A stretch of 63,625 bases of DNA, counting the filler, from Chiloscyllium plagiosum (taxonomy: Eukaryota): NCBI RefSeq assembly GCF_004010195.1. It is 7 parts of 2 records of this genome, joined end to end, with 100 filler letters (N's around TTAATTAATTAA, not from the genome) between each part and the next. Parts side by side here need not be neighbours in the genome. Positions count along the whole stretch, not along the records: positions 52,782 to 62,454 come from NC_057715.1; positions 62,555 to 63,625 come from NC_057716.1; 5 more parts are not named here. One strand, 5' to 3'. Below, in pieces: positions 61,131-63,625 of this stretch. How positions within the stretch are numbered: the stretch's first letter is position 1; every line of letters starts with the position of its first letter. The position numbers and the translations under genes were made by a program. The notes under the pieces were generated by a model. It had not been told where the DNA came from, ran no database searches, and was given only the letters and a program-made list of their open reading frames with translations.

Positions 61131-63625
61131 GATAGAGTATATAGTCAGAAGCTTTTTTGCAGGTTGGAAAGGTCAATTACAAAAGGGCACAGGTTCAAGG
61201 TGAGAAGGGGAAAGTTTAGGGGAGAAGTGTGGGGAAAATATTTCACCTAGAAGGTGATGGAATACAGTGCCAGTGGAGGTGGTGGATAAGGCATGTTAGT
61301 AATGTTAAGGCATACCTTGATAGACACGTGAAGGGGAGGGAACAGTGGGATAGAAACTGAGTCTGAGTAACAAGTAGCAGGTCTAAATAAGGATTGGGAA
61401 TCGGCACAGGCTTGGTGGGCTAAAGGGCCTGTTTCTGTGCTGTATTGTATTGTATTATATTTCAGGTTTATGCAAGATGATGTGCTGAAGATTCCCAAAG
61501 CAGCAAGGTTGTAAAATTTGGAGGCAAGGTCTTGAACCACAATGGATAATCTCAGTCTCTGAGCCAGGAGCTCTGGGTTCAAGTCTACACTCTGGGATTT
61601 GAAGGGCCAGAAAAAGCATGTTTTTAAAAAGGTCAAACAGTTAAGTAACAATTTTTAAATCCTTCCAAAAGATCCCAATGGCAGGTTGTTAGAGCGTGAG
61701 AAAATCCTAGTTAAACATGAGATGTAGGAGCTGAAGTACCCCATTCAACCCATCGGGCCTACTGCGCAATTCAGTGAGATCATGGCTGATCCGATCATTC
61801 ACATCTCCACTTTTCTGCTTTTTCCCCATAACCCTCAATCCCCTCACTGATTAAAATCTACCTCAGTCTTGAATATACATAATGACCCAGCTTTCATAGC
61901 CCTCTGTGGTAAAGTATTCCATGGATTCACTACCCTCTAAAAATAGAAATTCCTCCTCATCTCTGTGTCAAACAGGTGACCCCTTATTCTAGGATTATGT
62001 CCACTGTTCCTAGACTCCCTCACGAAGGGAAACAACCTTTATGCATCTACTCTGTCCAAGTCCTTTCAGAACCTTGTATATTTAAACAAGATCACAACTT
62101 ATTCTTTTAAATTTCCAACCTACTCAACTCAGAAACTGAACTAGACGAGCTAAATAAATGCAATTGCTACAAGAGCAAGTCAGAGTCATAGAGATGTACA
62201 GCATGGAAACAGACCCTTCGGTCCAACCCGTCCATGCCGACCAGATATCCCAACCCAATCTAGTCCCACCTGCCAGCACCCGGCCCATATCCCTCCAAAC
62301 CCTTCCTATTCATATACCCACCCAAATGCCTCTTAAATGTTGCAATTGTACCAGCCTCCTCCACTTCCTCTGGCAGTTCATTCCATACACGTACCACCCT
62401 GTGTGAAAAAGTTGCCCCTTAGTTCTCTTTTATATCTTTCCCCTCTCGCCCTAANNNNNNNNNNNNNNNNNNNNNNNNNNNNNNNNNNNNNNNNNNNNTT
62501 AATTAATTAANNNNNNNNNNNNNNNNNNNNNNNNNNNNNNNNNNNNNNNNNNNNAGACAAAGTCTTTTCCCTGGGATTGGGGAGTCCAGAACTAGAGGGC
62601 ATAGGTTTAGGGTGAGAGGGGAAAGATATAAAAGAGACCTGAGGGGCAACTTTTTCATGCAGAGGGTGCTACGTGTATGGAATGAGCTGCCAGAGGATGT
62701 GGTGGAGGCTGGTACAATTGCAACATTTAAGAGGCATTTGGATGGTTATATGAATAGGAAGGGTTTGGAGGGATATGAGCCGGGTATTGGCAGGTGGGAC
62801 TAAATTCGGTTGGGATATCTGGTCAGTGTGGACAGGTTGGACCGAAGGGTCTGTTTCCATGCTGTACATCTCCATGACTCTATGACTGCAGATGCTGGTA
62901 GCCAGAGTCAATAGATGTGAAGCTAGAAAAGTAGAGCAGGCCGCACAGCATCCAAGGGGCAGGAAAGTCAACATTTCAGGCCGAAACCCTTCATAAGAAC
63001 TGGGGAGGGGACGGGTGTCCAAAAGTATATAGAGGGACCAGGGTGGGGCTGTGGGGAAGGGCAGGTGGGATGGTGATAAGTGGATGCAGGTAGGGGCTTA
63101 TTGTGATTGGTCAGTGTGAAGGGTGAAGTGGATAGATGAGTAGGAAGATGGACAGAGAAATGAGGAAAAGGGATGGGGCTGAACATGGGATAAGGCTGAG
63201 GAGGAGAGATTTTGAAGCTAATGAAGTTGGTGTTGAAGCCACTGGGCTATAAGCTTCCCAGGTGAAATATGAGGCTTTGATTTCACTCTGACAGTGGAAG
63301 AGTCCAAGAATGGACATGTCGCCAGGGGAATGGGAGAGGGAATTAAAATGGATGGCAACCAGAAGGTCGGGTTCGTTAATGTGTGCAGAGCGCAGATGCT
63401 CCGTGAACCGGTCTCTGAATCAGCGCTTGGTCTCCTTTTCCCCAACCCCACACTGCCTGTTTCTATCTCTTTCCCAAAATCCATAAACCCAACTTGGCAG
63501 TCAGCCCTTTGTCTCTACTACAGCCACATTTGCTTCCTCAGTACCTGCCTCCGTAACCAACTCATCCCACACGGACTCCGGACCACCTTTAAACCAGCAG
63601 AGTTCGGACCCAAACAGGACAAACA

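Noticed and set aside
61466..61507. Possible exon FMQDDVLKIPKAA of the divergent gene
   Set aside because: The acceptor derives from a LINE tail, the donor (gttgta) is weak, and there is no recognisable homology.
62180..62888. Inverted CR1 3' ends flanking the last gap
   Set aside because: These are high-copy repeats at contig ends, and adjacency cannot be verified.

Overview
This is eukaryotic genomic DNA from a cartilaginous fish (shark/ray type), inferred from its HE1-like V-SINEs, CR1 LINEs and Penelope-like elements. It is a scaffold of 7 contigs joined by six 100-bp N-TTAATTAATTAA-N linkers. I reconstructed four genes by hand from splice sites. (1) Five GAF-B-region exons of PDE2A (+, 381-19181), broken off at a gap. 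(2) Three SH2-region exons of INPPL1/SHIP2 (-, 20063-23128). (3) A complete 4-coding-exon, 247-aa GPI-type folate receptor (-, 32409-49343). (4) The first three exons of SPCS2 (-, 53404-57559), with an AT-AC (U12) donor and a CpG-island promoter that looks bidirectional. These genes are neighbours on human 11q13.4. Almost all of the remainder is retroelement debris. The main non-obvious signals are: roughly 20 minimal hammerhead-ribozyme motifs of three Penelope-like families, several with intact cores, target-site duplications or fold-back arrangements; a 92/93-identical inverted repeat bracketing SPCS2 exon 3 and its U12 donor; and a three-level nested retroelement next to the folate receptor. 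Most ORFs in the supplied track are spurious or repeat-derived. Gene identities rest on remembered homologue sequences, not on a database search.
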